The notes below the pieces were generated by a model. The model saw only the letters and a list, made by a program, of their open reading frames with translations. It did no database searches and had not been told where the DNA came from. From positions 808,989 to 872,988 of the forward strand of contig MTMF02000009.1 of NCBI GenBank assembly GCA_002011125.2: DNA of 64,000 nt, read 5' to 3'. Origin of the DNA: Candidatus Hydrothermarchaeum profundi (GTDB lineage: Archaea > Hydrothermarchaeota > Hydrothermarchaeia > Hydrothermarchaeales > Hydrothermarchaeaceae). Position numbers and translations under genes: made by a program. Position 1 is the first letter of the stretch. Each line of letters begins with the position of its first letter. Below, one piece after another: positions 27,891 through 39,097 of this stretch.

Positions 27891-28742
27891 GTGATTGCAA
27901 GTTTCATAATAACACTTAGAGAAGGACTTGAAGCTGCTTTAATAATAGGAGTATTGGCCGCTTACTTAGCGAAAATTGGTCGAAGAGACCTTAACAAGTA
28001 CATATACATGGGTACGGGATTAGCGGTCATGGCGAGTATAGTAGTAGCAGGGATATTTGCACTGGTTTATGGAGGATTAAGCGGGGAAGCTGGGGAACTC
28101 TTTGAAGGAATAGCAACTCTTTCAGCTTCTGCGGTTCTAACATACATGATTTTTTGGATGGCTAAACATTCAAAAGAAATAAAAGGAGAATTACAGAGAA
28201 AAGTTGACATAGCTATTTCCACAGGAGCTGTTGCGGGACTAGTCGGAGTAGCATTCATATCAGTGTTCAGAGAAGGAGTTGAAACCGTTTTATTCCTTGG
28301 TGCGATAGCTTTCCAAGACCCTATAGGGACTTTTACAGGATTAATTCTTGGAGTAGCTGTGGCGGTAGGCTTTGCTGTCATGATGTTTAAGGGAGTCTAT
28401 AGGCTCGATATAAGAAAGTTCTTCAAGTATACCAGCATTATATTAATAGTATTTGCAGCAGGACTTACGGCATATGGTGTGCACGAGCTTAATGAAGCAG
28501 GGGTCATCCCCCCAGTGATTGAACATGTTTGGGATATAAATCCCCCTATAAATCCTGATGGAACCTATCCACTGCTACATGAAAAAGGAGCTATTGGTTC
28601 GATTTTAAAATCTCTCTTTGGGTACAATGGGAATCCCTCTCTGACAGAAGTACTTGCCTACCTAGGATACTGGCTCATCATCGGTACTTATGTGATGCGC
28701 TCGTACAAGTATAGTGAAAAAGAAGCTCTAGCTCCGGCATAA
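27891..28742 (+). CDS. FTR1/EfeU family iron permease
   Basis: Two REGxE motifs (REGLE, REGVE); GAGGTGA RBS. Confidence 0.93.
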   Translation: MIASFIITLREGLEAALIIGVLAAYLAKIGRRDLNKYIYMGTGLAVMASIVVAGIFALVYGGLSGEAGELFEGIATLSASAVLTYMIFWMAKHSKEIKGELQRKVDIAISTGAVAGLVGVAFISVFREGVETVLFLGAIAFQDPIGTFTGLILGVAVAVGFAVMMFKGVYRLDIRKFFKYTSIILIVFAAGLTAYGVHELNEAGVIPPVIEHVWDINPPINPDGTYPLLHEKGAIGSILKSLFGYNGNPSLTEVLAYLGYWLIIGTYVMRSYKYSEKEALAPA

Positions 28743-28819
28743 TAAAACTAGAAAGAGGAGTCTCCTAAGGCTCCTCAAAGCTTCTATTACATATAGGTTA
28801 ATGGAGAGGAGAGATATTC

Positions 28820-30784
28820 GTGCATCAACACCATAAAGAAGTCATTAAGATAGGGAAAAAAATAGTGCTAGTTGGAAACCCAAATGTTGGTAAAAGCGTG
28901 ATTTTCAGTCTTCTCACTGGAAGATATGTTACTGTTTCTAATTACCCTGGCACCACAGTAGAGCTGGCCCAGGGGTATGCGAAATTTGATAGAGAGATTT
29001 TGATTATTGATACTCCTGGAGTAAATAACCTAATACCGATGTCTGAGGATGAGAAGGTCACGAGGGATATATTACTTAATGAGGAGATTGAAGGGGTTGT
29101 CCAGGTCATAGATGCTAAGAATCTTAGGCGCGGACTTCTAATAACTCTCCAACTATCTGAGATGGGTTTACCTTTTATAATAAACTTGAATATGGAGGAT
29201 GAAGCGAGGAGTAGGGGTATTTTTATTGATTACAAGAAGCTCGAAGAAATCCTTGGAGTAAAAGTAGTTCCAACTATAGCTACCCAGAGAAAAGGGATTA
29301 GTAGCCTTATAAGCGGCATATCTTATTTAAAAAAATCAAAAGTAAAACCTGAATATAGTGCAGATATTGAAGATGCTATCTCTGAGATTGAGGAAATATT
29401 ACCTGAAACTAGAATCTCCAAGAGAAGTTTAGCTGTGATGCTATTAGCAGGTGATGAAAGTCTCCGCAGCTGGCTTCATAGGAATCTGGATTCAAAGGAA
29501 ATAAGTAAGATAGAGGAGATTAGGAATAAGACTCAGAGGGTGTATCCAGATCCTCTGGGTCATTTAATCAATACCCAGCGTATAAGCCAAGCTGACAAAA
29601 TCCTTAAGAGAGTAGTCACAACGACTAAAGTAAAAAGAGAGACATTTTCTCAAAGGATTGGAAACGCCTGTATGCATCCCCTCTGGGGCATACCAATCTT
29701 GTTTATAGTATTGTTTTTGATGTATAAGTTTGTTGGTGAATTTGGAGCTGGTGTATTAGTTGATTTTCTAGAGTCCGTAGTTTTCGGGAGATATCTTAAC
29801 CCGATCTCAATTAGCGTTGTGGAGAAACTAATACCGGTTAAAATAATACAGGAAGTTCTTGTTGGAGAGTACGGGATCATCACCATGGCTTTAACTTATT
29901 CCATAGCCATAGTTCTTCCAATTGTTGGGACCTTTTTTTTGGCGTTTGGAGTATTGGAGGACTCAGGATATTTGCCTAGGCTTGCTATCATGGTAAATAA
30001 AATTTTCAAGTTAATGGGCTTGAATGGTAAAGCTGTTCTCCCAATGGTTTTAGGCCTGGGATGTGATACGATGGCAACCCTGACAACTAGGATTTTGGAA
30101 ACAAGAAAAGAGAGAATAATTGTTACACTTTTACTAGCGCTGGGGGTACCCTGCTCTGCGCAGCTTGGTGTAATCCTAGGAATGCTTTCAAGCCTTTCAG
30201 GAGCCGCTGCGCTAATATGGGGAGGAGTAGTGATAAGTGTAATATTCTTTGTGGGAATGCTAGCGAGCTACATTGTTCCAGGAGAGAGGTCGGATTTTAT
30301 TCTTGAACTTCCTCCTATAAGAGTTCCTCAGTTTTCTAACATAATGGTTAAGACATTGGCGAGAATAGAATGGTATCTTAGAGAAGCTGTCCCGCTTTTT
30401 GTATTGGGCACTTTGGTACTATTTGTTTCTGATAAGATGGGCCTACTAGGATTGCTAGAGGAAGTTGCGTCTCCGGTGGTGGTAGGATTTCTTGGGTTGC
30501 CGGTTAAGGCTACTGAGGCATTCCTAGTGGGATTTTTAAGAAGGGATTATGGTGCGGCAGGGCTCTTTGCTTTAGCAAGAGAAGGCGCTCTGGACCCGAT
30601 TCAAATGGTCGTTAGTTTGGTAGTTATAACGCTATTTGTCCCGTGTATAGCTAACTTTTTGATTATTATAAAAGAAAGAGGATTAAAGACAGCACTAGCC
30701 ATCGTTTCCTTCATATTTCCCTTTGCATTCATAGTCGGAGGGATATTGAATTTCATACTCCGCTATCTCGGAGTAAAATTATAG
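28820..30784 (+). CDS. feoB: Ferrous iron transporter B
   Basis: GNPNVGKS, NYPGTTV, DTPG, LEDSGYLPR, PCSAQ, FILELPP, PCIA. Confidence 0.96.
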   Translation: MHQHHKEVIKIGKKIVLVGNPNVGKSVIFSLLTGRYVTVSNYPGTTVELAQGYAKFDREILIIDTPGVNNLIPMSEDEKVTRDILLNEEIEGVVQVIDAKNLRRGLLITLQLSEMGLPFIINLNMEDEARSRGIFIDYKKLEEILGVKVVPTIATQRKGISSLISGISYLKKSKVKPEYSADIEDAISEIEEILPETRISKRSLAVMLLAGDESLRSWLHRNLDSKEISKIEEIRNKTQRVYPDPLGHLINTQRISQADKILKRVVTTTKVKRETFSQRIGNACMHPLWGIPILFIVLFLMYKFVGEFGAGVLVDFLESVVFGRYLNPISISVVEKLIPVKIIQEVLVGEYGIITMALTYSIAIVLPIVGTFFLAFGVLEDSGYLPRLAIMVNKIFKLMGLNGKAVLPMVLGLGCDTMATLTTRILETRKERIIVTLLLALGVPCSAQLGVILGMLSSLSGAAALIWGGVVISVIFFVGMLASYIVPGERSDFILELPPIRVPQFSNIMVKTLARIEWYLREAVPLFVLGTLVLFVSDKMGLLGLLEEVASPVVVGFLGLPVKATEAFLVGFLRRDYGAAGLFALAREGALDPIQMVVSLVVITLFVPCIANFLIIIKERGLKTALAIVSFIFPFAFIVGGILNFILRYLGVKL

Positions 30785-30797
30785 GTAGGGATGTAAA

Positions 30798-30962
30798 ATG
30801 AAGTGTGAACTATGCGGTAATGAATTTGATGAGAATAAAGTCACCTATTGCAAGGGGTGCATGTATTCGAATTGTAGAATGATTTGTTGCCCTTACTGCA
30901 GGTATCAATACGTAGGAGAATCTAAAATTGTAAGTATAATAAGGAGGATATTAAAGTGGTGA
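30798..30962 (+). CDS. 54-aa Cys-rich microprotein, FeoC-like position (not in the ORF track)
   Basis: MKCELCGNEFDENKVTYCKGCMYSNCRMICCPYCRYQYVGESKIVSIIRRILKW; 8 Cys; fills the gap between feoB and the DtxR gene. Confidence 0.8.
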   Translation: MKCELCGNEFDENKVTYCKGCMYSNCRMICCPYCRYQYVGESKIVSIIRRILKW

Positions 30963-31639
30963 GGATGAAGAGCAGGGAAATTGATGAAACTCGGATCGAG
31001 GAAATATTAGAACTCTTATGGACGATGAGGGAGAAAGGAACAGTACTCTTAGAGGATATTATAAAGGCATCTGATGAAGAATGTCCTGAAGATATTTTAG
31101 AAGAAATAGAGAAAAAAGGCTTAATAGTAGTAAGAGAGGGCAGAGTTAGACTTGTTGATGAAGGTGAAAAGAAAGCTGAGGAAATAGTAAGACGGCATCG
31201 TCTTGCAGAAGTACTTCTCTCAGAGGTATTTGAGCTTGAGGAAAAATATGCTCATTCAGAGGCTTGTAAGTTTGAGCACATTTTAAGCCCGGAGGTAACT
31301 GATAGTGTTTGTACTTTTTTAGGACATCCACCTGCATGTCCTCATGGAAATCCAATACCTAGGGGTAACTGTTGCAGTAAGTTTGAAAGAGAGGTTAAGC
31401 CTCTCGTAGTGCCTCTTAGAGAATTAAGCCCAGGGGATGAGGGAAGAATAGTGTTTATTGTACCTAAGGATCATACTAGATTGGATAAGCTAGGCACATT
31501 AGGAGTGACTCCCGGTAGCATTATAAAGTTACATCAGAAGAGGCCGTCATATGTTATAAAAATTGGAGAAACAGAGTTGGCTGTAGAAGATGATATAGCA
31601 AAGGATATATACGTAAAAAAGATTGAAGGTCAAAAATGA
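30956..31639 (+). CDS. DtxR-family metal-binding domain fused to a C-terminal FeoA domain (start perhaps 30965)
   Basis: RRHRLAEVLL, ACKFEH, CPHGNPIP; FeoA-like LRELSPGDEG..LGTLGVTPGS..IKIGETELAV. Confidence 0.9.
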   Translation: MVRMKSREIDETRIEEILELLWTMREKGTVLLEDIIKASDEECPEDILEEIEKKGLIVVREGRVRLVDEGEKKAEEIVRRHRLAEVLLSEVFELEEKYAHSEACKFEHILSPEVTDSVCTFLGHPPACPHGNPIPRGNCCSKFEREVKPLVVPLRELSPGDEGRIVFIVPKDHTRLDKLGTLGVTPGSIIKLHQKRPSYVIKIGETELAVEDDIAKDIYVKKIEGQK

Positions 31640-32055
31640 AGGTTTCCGAAAACATCCAAGAGTATCTTGAGATTTTATGGATATTTGAAGAGGAGGGAAA
31701 AAAACCCGCAAAGATAAACGAGATAGCTAATGGCTTAAATATTGCTGCACCTAGTGCCGTTGAGATGCTGAGAAAGATGGCGGATGAGGGATTTGTTGTT
31801 TATGAAGCTAGAAAAGGTATCACCTTAACTAAAAAAGGAAGAGAAATCGCAAGGCAGATAATTAGAAACCATAGGCTTTCTGAGCTTCTGCTTACGAAGG
31901 TTATCAGGACCAAGATAGACGAGGACGCTGTATGCGGATTTGAACATCATATTTCAGAGGAGATCGCTGATGCCGTGTGCACTATCCTAAATCATCCTAA
32001 AGAATGTCCGCATGGAAAGTCGATTCCGCGAGGAAAATGTTGCCCTAAGGCTTAG
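31636..32055 (+). CDS. DtxR/MntR-family metal-dependent repressor (short)
   Basis: QEYLE, intact HTH EIANGLNIAAPSAVEML, RNHRLSE, CGFEH, CPHG. Confidence 0.92.
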   Translation: MKVSENIQEYLEILWIFEEEGKKPAKINEIANGLNIAAPSAVEMLRKMADEGFVVYEARKGITLTKKGREIARQIIRNHRLSELLLTKVIRTKIDEDAVCGFEHHISEEIADAVCTILNHPKECPHGKSIPRGKCCPKA

Positions 32056-32062
32056 AGCGATT

Positions 32063-32470
32063 TTAAAGTGAAAACATATATTGAGTTGTTGTTGGAAGCT
32101 CTCTACGCAATTTCCTTAGATCGGGTCTGTATATGAATGTCTCGTCTTCTCTATAACTTTCTCTCCCGAGAATTTTCGCTACGACCATGCATTCTATCTT
32201 ACCACTTATTCTAGCTGTTCCACGGCCGTATTTCCCAGAACTCAATTCTATGTAGATAGGCAGGAAAAGCTTACTGTGATACTCTTTAGGGATAAGTTCT
32301 GCAAGCTTTTCTAACTCTTTGATATCAATAGAATGTGCAGTCTCGTCTCTAAGAACAATTTTAGGCTTTTCCTCCTTCAAAAGACTTTTTAGGTCTATCT
32401 TCTTTTTTGCCAAGTGCCTATTCATCAAGTCAAGCTGCTTGGCTAAGATTCTACTCGTCCTATCCATCAC
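32063..32470 (-). CDS. DUF61 (UPF0216) family protein
   Basis: [29 protein letters not shown]; overlaps the atpD stop. Confidence 0.8.
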   Translation of the reverse strand: MMDRTSRILAKQLDLMNRHLAKKKIDLKSLLKEEKPKIVLRDETAHSIDIKELEKLAELIPKEYHSKLFLPIYIELSSGKYGRGTARISGKIECMVVAKILGRESYREDETFIYRPDLRKLRRELPTTTQYMFSL

Positions 32471-33099
32471 TTCATTTTAGCTTTTATTCTTTTGAGTTTA
32501 AAGAAATTCTCCCTCTCCATTTCGTCAAGTCGCATTTCTATATATTTTACTGTTCCATTAACCCTAGGAATAACAATATTCTCAAGAGCATTGACTCTCC
32601 TCTTAGTACTCTCAATTTCTTCAGCGAGGAGCATTATGGACTTCTCTTCTTCTGCCAGCTCAGCTATCACGTTAAGAGCCCTTTCAAATCTCCTAGCGGC
32701 TTCATCTAACTGAGAAGAAGTATCGGTCAGTCCATATCCCCTTTCGAGAAGGATCCTTTTTGTTTCTCCAAGCTTTAGTACTGGTACCTTTACTCCCATT
32801 ATACTTCTCGTTTCTGTCTCGATTTCTTCAGCCGGTTTAACTGCTAAGGAGGCCTCATTAACTTTTGTTGCCCCAAGTGTAGCCTGTGCTAGTATTAGTG
32901 CTCTAAAAGCCTGTGCCAGTTCTCTTTCAGTTCTCTTTCGAATCCCTCTAGCCTCTTCTAATATTGCGAAGAACTCCATTATCAGGGCATCTCTTTTTTC
33001 TTTGAGGAGACGGTGGCCTTTTTTTGCCAGCTTGAGTTTATTCTTGAGCTTTAGGAGCTCCATCCTGGTAGGGTTTACACCCTCAATCTTCTCAACCAT
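32467..33099 (-). CDS. atpD: A/V-type ATP synthase subunit D
   Basis: [32 protein letters not shown]. Confidence 0.96.
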   Translation of the reverse strand: MVEKIEGVNPTRMELLKLKNKLKLAKKGHRLLKEKRDALIMEFFAILEEARGIRKRTERELAQAFRALILAQATLGATKVNEASLAVKPAEEIETETRSIMGVKVPVLKLGETKRILLERGYGLTDTSSQLDEAARRFERALNVIAELAEEEKSIMLLAEEIESTKRRVNALENIVIPRVNGTVKYIEMRLDEMERENFFKLKRIKAKMK

Positions 33100-33117
33100 T
33101 CTAATCCTCTACGCAGT

Positions 33118-34515
33118 TCAGCTTGACCTATACTTGGGATGATACTTCTTGATGTAGTCTTCCTTTATCCTCTTGAGTTCTCTCTCAGGTAGAATGCTAA
33201 GAAGGTCCCAGCCTATATCAAGCGTGGTTTCTATTGATCTGTCTTCGTCTTTTCCTTGGTTGACGAATTCCCGTTCAAAGCGGTCAGCAAACTCTAAGTA
33301 TTTCTTATCCTTCTCGGTAAGAGCCTCTTCACCAACAACTGCTACAAGGTCTCTCAAGTCTCTACCTTCTGCGTATGCTGAGTATAGCTGATCGCTCACG
33401 TTCGCATGGTCTTCCCTTGTTCTGCCCTCCCCGATTCCTCCTTTCATTAGCCTTGATAGTGATGGAAGTACATCCACTGGAGGATAAATACCCTTTCTAT
33501 GAAGCTCCCTTGATAGAACGAACTGTCCCTCAGTTATATAACCAGTCAAGTCCGGTATAGGGTGTGTTATATCGTCGTCAGGCATTGTTAAAATCGGCAT
33601 TTGAGTGATAGATCCTTTTTTACCTACAACCCTGCCAGCTCTTTCATAAATTGTTGCCAAGTCTGTATACATGTATCCGGGATATCCTCTTCTACCTGGC
33701 ACTTCACTCCTAGCAGCTGCTATCTCCCTTAGAGCTTCACAGTAATTAGTGAGATCGGTTGTTATTACTAGTACGTGCATGTCATGTTCAAATGCGAGAT
33801 ACTCAGCGGTCGTTAAGGCCATTCTTGGAGTAATTATTCTCTCTATCGCAGGATCGTCGGCAAGATTAAGAAAGGCCGTTACCCTTTCAAGAGCTCCAGT
33901 TTTTTCAAAATCCCGCATGAAAAATGAAGCTTCTTCATAAGTTATACCCATGGCCGCAAAAACTACTGCAAATTCTTCTTCCTTTCCCAAAACTTTTGCT
34001 TGTCTTGCTATCTGTGCAGCCAGCTCGTTATGTGGGAGTCCTGAACCAGAAAAGATTGGCAGCTTCTGACCTCTAACCAGAGTATTCATGCAGTCTATTG
34101 TCGAAATACCTGTTTGAATAAAGTCTCTCGGAAACTCCCTCGCAGTAGGGTTCATGGGGTTACCATGTATGTCATACTTATCCTCTGCAATTATCTCTGG
34201 GCCTTTATCGATAGGCCTACCTGTGCCATCGAATATCCTGCCAACCATTTCTATTGAAACAGGCAATTTAACGGTTTCTCCAGTAAACCTTACTTTAGTG
34301 CTTGAGGTGTCTATACCTCTAGTTCCCTCAAATACCTGGACAACAGCCATATTCTCAGCTGCCTCGAGGACTTGTCCTCGGCGTTTCTCGCCTGAAGGAG
34401 TTTCAATCTCTACCACTTCACCATAGCTTACGCCTTCAACCCCTTCCACAATCATCAGGGGCCCGGCTACCTCGCTAACAGATGTATACTCTTTGATCTT
34501 AAGTTCAGGAATCAC
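33118..34515 (-). CDS. atpB: A/V-type ATP synthase subunit B
   Basis: [48 protein letters not shown]. Confidence 0.98.
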   Translation of the reverse strand: MIPELKIKEYTSVSEVAGPLMIVEGVEGVSYGEVVEIETPSGEKRRGQVLEAAENMAVVQVFEGTRGIDTSSTKVRFTGETVKLPVSIEMVGRIFDGTGRPIDKGPEIIAEDKYDIHGNPMNPTAREFPRDFIQTGISTIDCMNTLVRGQKLPIFSGSGLPHNELAAQIARQAKVLGKEEEFAVVFAAMGITYEEASFFMRDFEKTGALERVTAFLNLADDPAIERIITPRMALTTAEYLAFEHDMHVLVITTDLTNYCEALREIAAARSEVPGRRGYPGYMYTDLATIYERAGRVVGKKGSITQMPILTMPDDDITHPIPDLTGYITEGQFVLSRELHRKGIYPPVDVLPSLSRLMKGGIGEGRTREDHANVSDQLYSAYAEGRDLRDLVAVVGEEALTEKDKKYLEFADRFEREFVNQGKDEDRSIETTLDIGWDLLSILPERELKRIKEDYIKKYHPKYRSS

Positions 34516-34520
34516 TTATA

Positions 34521-36287
<1,767 letters not shown>

Positions 36288-36300
36288 TCTTTCACTCCCG

Positions 36301-36618
36301 CTAGAATTTTATCTCAACACCTACAGCTCTTTTGATAAGTTCTTTAATCGGATCAACTTTCTTTTCAATGGGACCTCCTTTGTCTGGTATCTCGACTAGG
36401 AGGGGCATAGTTCGACATTCGAATATAGATTTTGTTTCACTCCTTATTTCATCTGCAATTTTTTCAGTTATGATTATCAAGCCCACGTTTTTATCTTTTA
36501 CTAGCTCTTTTAAAATTGGAACAGCATCTTTGGGCTCTACTACTTCATGTGCGTCTTTTATGCCAGCTAACCTGAAACCTACTATCGTGTCAAAATCTCC
36601 AATTACGCTGATTCTCAT
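36301..36618 (-). CDS. atpF: A/V-type ATP synthase subunit F
   Basis: [29 protein letters not shown]. Confidence 0.95.
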   Translation of the reverse strand: MRISVIGDFDTIVGFRLAGIKDAHEVVEPKDAVPILKELVKDKNVGLIIITEKIADEIRSETKSIFECRTMPLLVEIPDKGGPIEKKVDPIKELIKRAVGVEIKF

Positions 36619-36783
36619 TGTCTCACAACTATATGGATAGCCTTATAAATTTTTTGCAGAGTCATCTGGGTTTTTTAATAAAAGCTATTAAGCTTAATGT
36701 GAGATTTCAAATATAAAAATTATTCTTACATATGCGCATCCATTAAGGTAAAAAATTTAAGGCAAAAGAGAAGACAAAATACT

Positions 36784-37068
36784 ATGTATAAAGACGAGCT
36801 TATTCACCTTCATCAGTTACTGGAGTTCATTATGAAGTTTATGACCCGGGAAGGGGTTTCCGAAGAGTATTTCAAAAAATACTTAGAAGCTGGAATATTT
36901 TCTCATCATATATATAAGACGAAAGAAGAACATGAATATGCCGTATTACTTCTTTCAAGTGAACTCTCCAATCTCCTAGCTAAAACTTATGATGACATCC
37001 CGGAAAGCGTTTCCCAGAGATTTGAAAAGCTTGCAGAGAGGGCAAAAAATAGGCGGAGTAAAGGGTAA
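36784..37068 (+). CDS. UPF0058-like protein
   Basis: MYKDELIHLHQLL...HIYKTKEEHEYAVLLL. Confidence 0.75.
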   Translation: MYKDELIHLHQLLEFIMKFMTREGVSEEYFKKYLEAGIFSHHIYKTKEEHEYAVLLLSSELSNLLAKTYDDIPESVSQRFEKLAERAKNRRSKG

Positions 37069-37075
37069 TGAGAGA

Positions 37076-37603
37076 ATGCGCCTTTTACTACACGTATGTT
37101 GCGCTCCGGATTTAACGCATCCGTTCACTTTATTAAGGGAGGATTATAGTGTTTCTGCTTTCTTCTATAATCCGAATATCCATCCAGAGGAAGAGTATTA
37201 TAAAAGGATAGGTGAAACAAGAAAATTATCTAAGCTTTGGGGGATTCCATTATTGGAAGGGGAGTATAACGCGGAGGACTGGTTTAACATCACTGCTCAG
37301 TATAAAAACGAGCCAGAAGGCGGCAAAAGGTGTGAGCTTTGTTTCAAGTTTCGTTTGGAAAAAACCGCTCAACTTGCTAAAGAAAAAGGATACTCCATTT
37401 TCTGCACTACTCTCACAATAAGCCCCCATAAGAATAGCAATATAATAAACAGGTTAGGTAAAGAAATAGGTGAAAAGTATGGTATCCACTACTTGGAGAG
37501 TGATTTTAAAAAGAAAGACGGATTTAAAAAGAGTGTAGAAATTAGTAAAAAACTAGGATTATATAGGCAAAAATACTGTGGCTGCATTTATTCAATGAAA
37601 TAA
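37076..37603 (+). CDS. queH: Epoxyqueuosine reductase QueH (DUF208); start corrected to ATG 37076
   Basis: LLHVCCAPD, FYNPNIHP, EPEGGKRCELC, TTLTISPHK, YRQKYCGC. Confidence 0.88.
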   Translation: MRLLLHVCCAPDLTHPFTLLREDYSVSAFFYNPNIHPEEEYYKRIGETRKLSKLWGIPLLEGEYNAEDWFNITAQYKNEPEGGKRCELCFKFRLEKTAQLAKEKGYSIFCTTLTISPHKNSNIINRLGKEIGEKYGIHYLESDFKKKDGFKKSVEISKKLGLYRQKYCGCIYSMK

Positions 37604-37653
37604 TGAAATCACTAAACTTTAAGTATAAATAATAATAAAAAAAGCAGGGGAAA

Positions 37654-38583
37654 ATGGAAACATATGATGTTATAGTTATAGGAGCAGGACCTGCAGGGCT
37701 TAGTGCAGCAATTTATACTGCAAGAGCAGGGTTAAAAACCTTGATATTGGAGCGAGAGTTCCCTGGTGGGAGACTCGCAAAGGCTCCTAAAATAGAAAAT
37801 TATCCTGGCGTTATGAAAACTTCTGGCCCGGAGCTTGTTGCGACTATGAAACAGCAAGCTGAAAGATTTGGAGCTGAGATCCGGTCTGGTGAAGATGTAG
37901 TTCAGTTGGAATTGGCTGGAGATGAAAAAATTGTCCGCACCCATAGTGGCAATGCCTTTAAGGCTTTGGCAGTTATAGTCGCAATCGGAACTAATAAGAA
38001 AAAGCTGGTAGTACCTGGTGAAGAGAAGTTCTTAGGTTCGGGGGTTTCTTACTGTGCTATATGTGATGCCCCGTTTTACAGGGATAAAGTTGTAGTGATA
38101 GTTGGAAATGGGCAGGAGGCGGGTGAAGAAGCTATCATCCTATCGGAGTTTGCAAAAGAGGTAATTATTATTCCTAACGGGGAACTTGAAATGGAACATG
38201 CGTTATTGGAGGACTTAAAGAATAAGAGTAACGTGAGTATCTTGGAGGATACAAGGGTAAGAGAAATCAAGGGAGATTCGATGGTTAGCAGTATTTTAGT
38301 AGAGGATTTAAATGGCGATAACGGTAGGGAAATACCCGTTGGAGGCGTTTTCATCTCGCTTGGAGGGGTTCCGATGTCCAATGTGATAAAAAATGCGGGA
38401 ATAAATGTAGATAATGGCGGGTGCATTATTGTTGATAGGAATCAGCGAACAAACATTGAGGGAGTTTTTGCCGCTGGAGAATGTACTTGTGGGGGTATGC
38501 AGGCTATAACATCAGCGGGTGAGGGGGCTATGGCGGGGATAAAAGCCTCAAGCTACGTTAAGAAAAAGAAAAGGGGAAAATGA
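37654..38583 (+). CDS. trxB: Thioredoxin reductase-like flavoprotein
   Basis: GAGPAG, ENYPG, GVSYCAICD, TNIEGVFAAG. Confidence 0.88.
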   Translation: METYDVIVIGAGPAGLSAAIYTARAGLKTLILEREFPGGRLAKAPKIENYPGVMKTSGPELVATMKQQAERFGAEIRSGEDVVQLELAGDEKIVRTHSGNAFKALAVIVAIGTNKKKLVVPGEEKFLGSGVSYCAICDAPFYRDKVVVIVGNGQEAGEEAIILSEFAKEVIIIPNGELEMEHALLEDLKNKSNVSILEDTRVREIKGDSMVSSILVEDLNGDNGREIPVGGVFISLGGVPMSNVIKNAGINVDNGGCIIVDRNQRTNIEGVFAAGECTCGGMQAITSAGEGAMAGIKASSYVKKKKRGK

Positions 38584-38725
38584 GGTTATCTTCCGTTCAT
38601 AAGTCCAAATTTTTGATGGATAAAATAATTGTAGTTGAAAATAACCTTAAAAAGATGGTAGCCCCTAATTATTGATTTTAGGGTATATAAAAAATAAAAA
38701 AAGAGCTTGGTTGAGGCAAAAATAA

Positions 38726-38938
38726 TTAGCAGGAGCTATGAACAATAGCTTCTTCAGGACAAGCTTCAACGCAGGCACAGCATTCTATACATTCTTCGAC
38801 ATTTGGGGCGGTAGATTTTCCGTCCACAAGCTCGTATACACTTACAGGACACACATCGACACAATCGCCATGTCCCTTGCATTTATCGTGGTCAATATTT
38901 ATCGTTACCACGTCTGACTTAAATGTTTTTACAACCAT
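38726..38938 (-). CDS. Dicluster-type ferredoxin
   Basis: CKGHGDCVDVCP and CIECCACVEACP; GGAGG RBS. Confidence 0.92.
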   Translation of the reverse strand: MVVKTFKSDVVTINIDHDKCKGHGDCVDVCPVSVYELVDGKSTAPNVEECIECCACVEACPEEAIVHSSC

Positions 38939-39097
38939 CGTTTACCTCCTTTTTTGGATTTTTTAAGGATAAATTAATCCGCATACAAAATGAGGCCGGA
39001 TTTTTAACTTCACTTCTTATTTTTTAAAGTCTTATTGTAATATATCGAAAGTCTTTTCTAAATCTTCTGAGTATACCTCCAACGTAGGTTGATTTAA

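Noticed and set aside
36989-37075. N-terminal extension of QueH given in the ORF track
   Set aside because: Overlaps the upstream gene; family similarity begins at Met 37076.
38956-39007. GGATTTTT(T)AA repeats and an AATCCG/CGGATT hairpin upstream of the ferredoxin
   Set aside because: Too short and AT-rich to call a regulatory RNA or operator.
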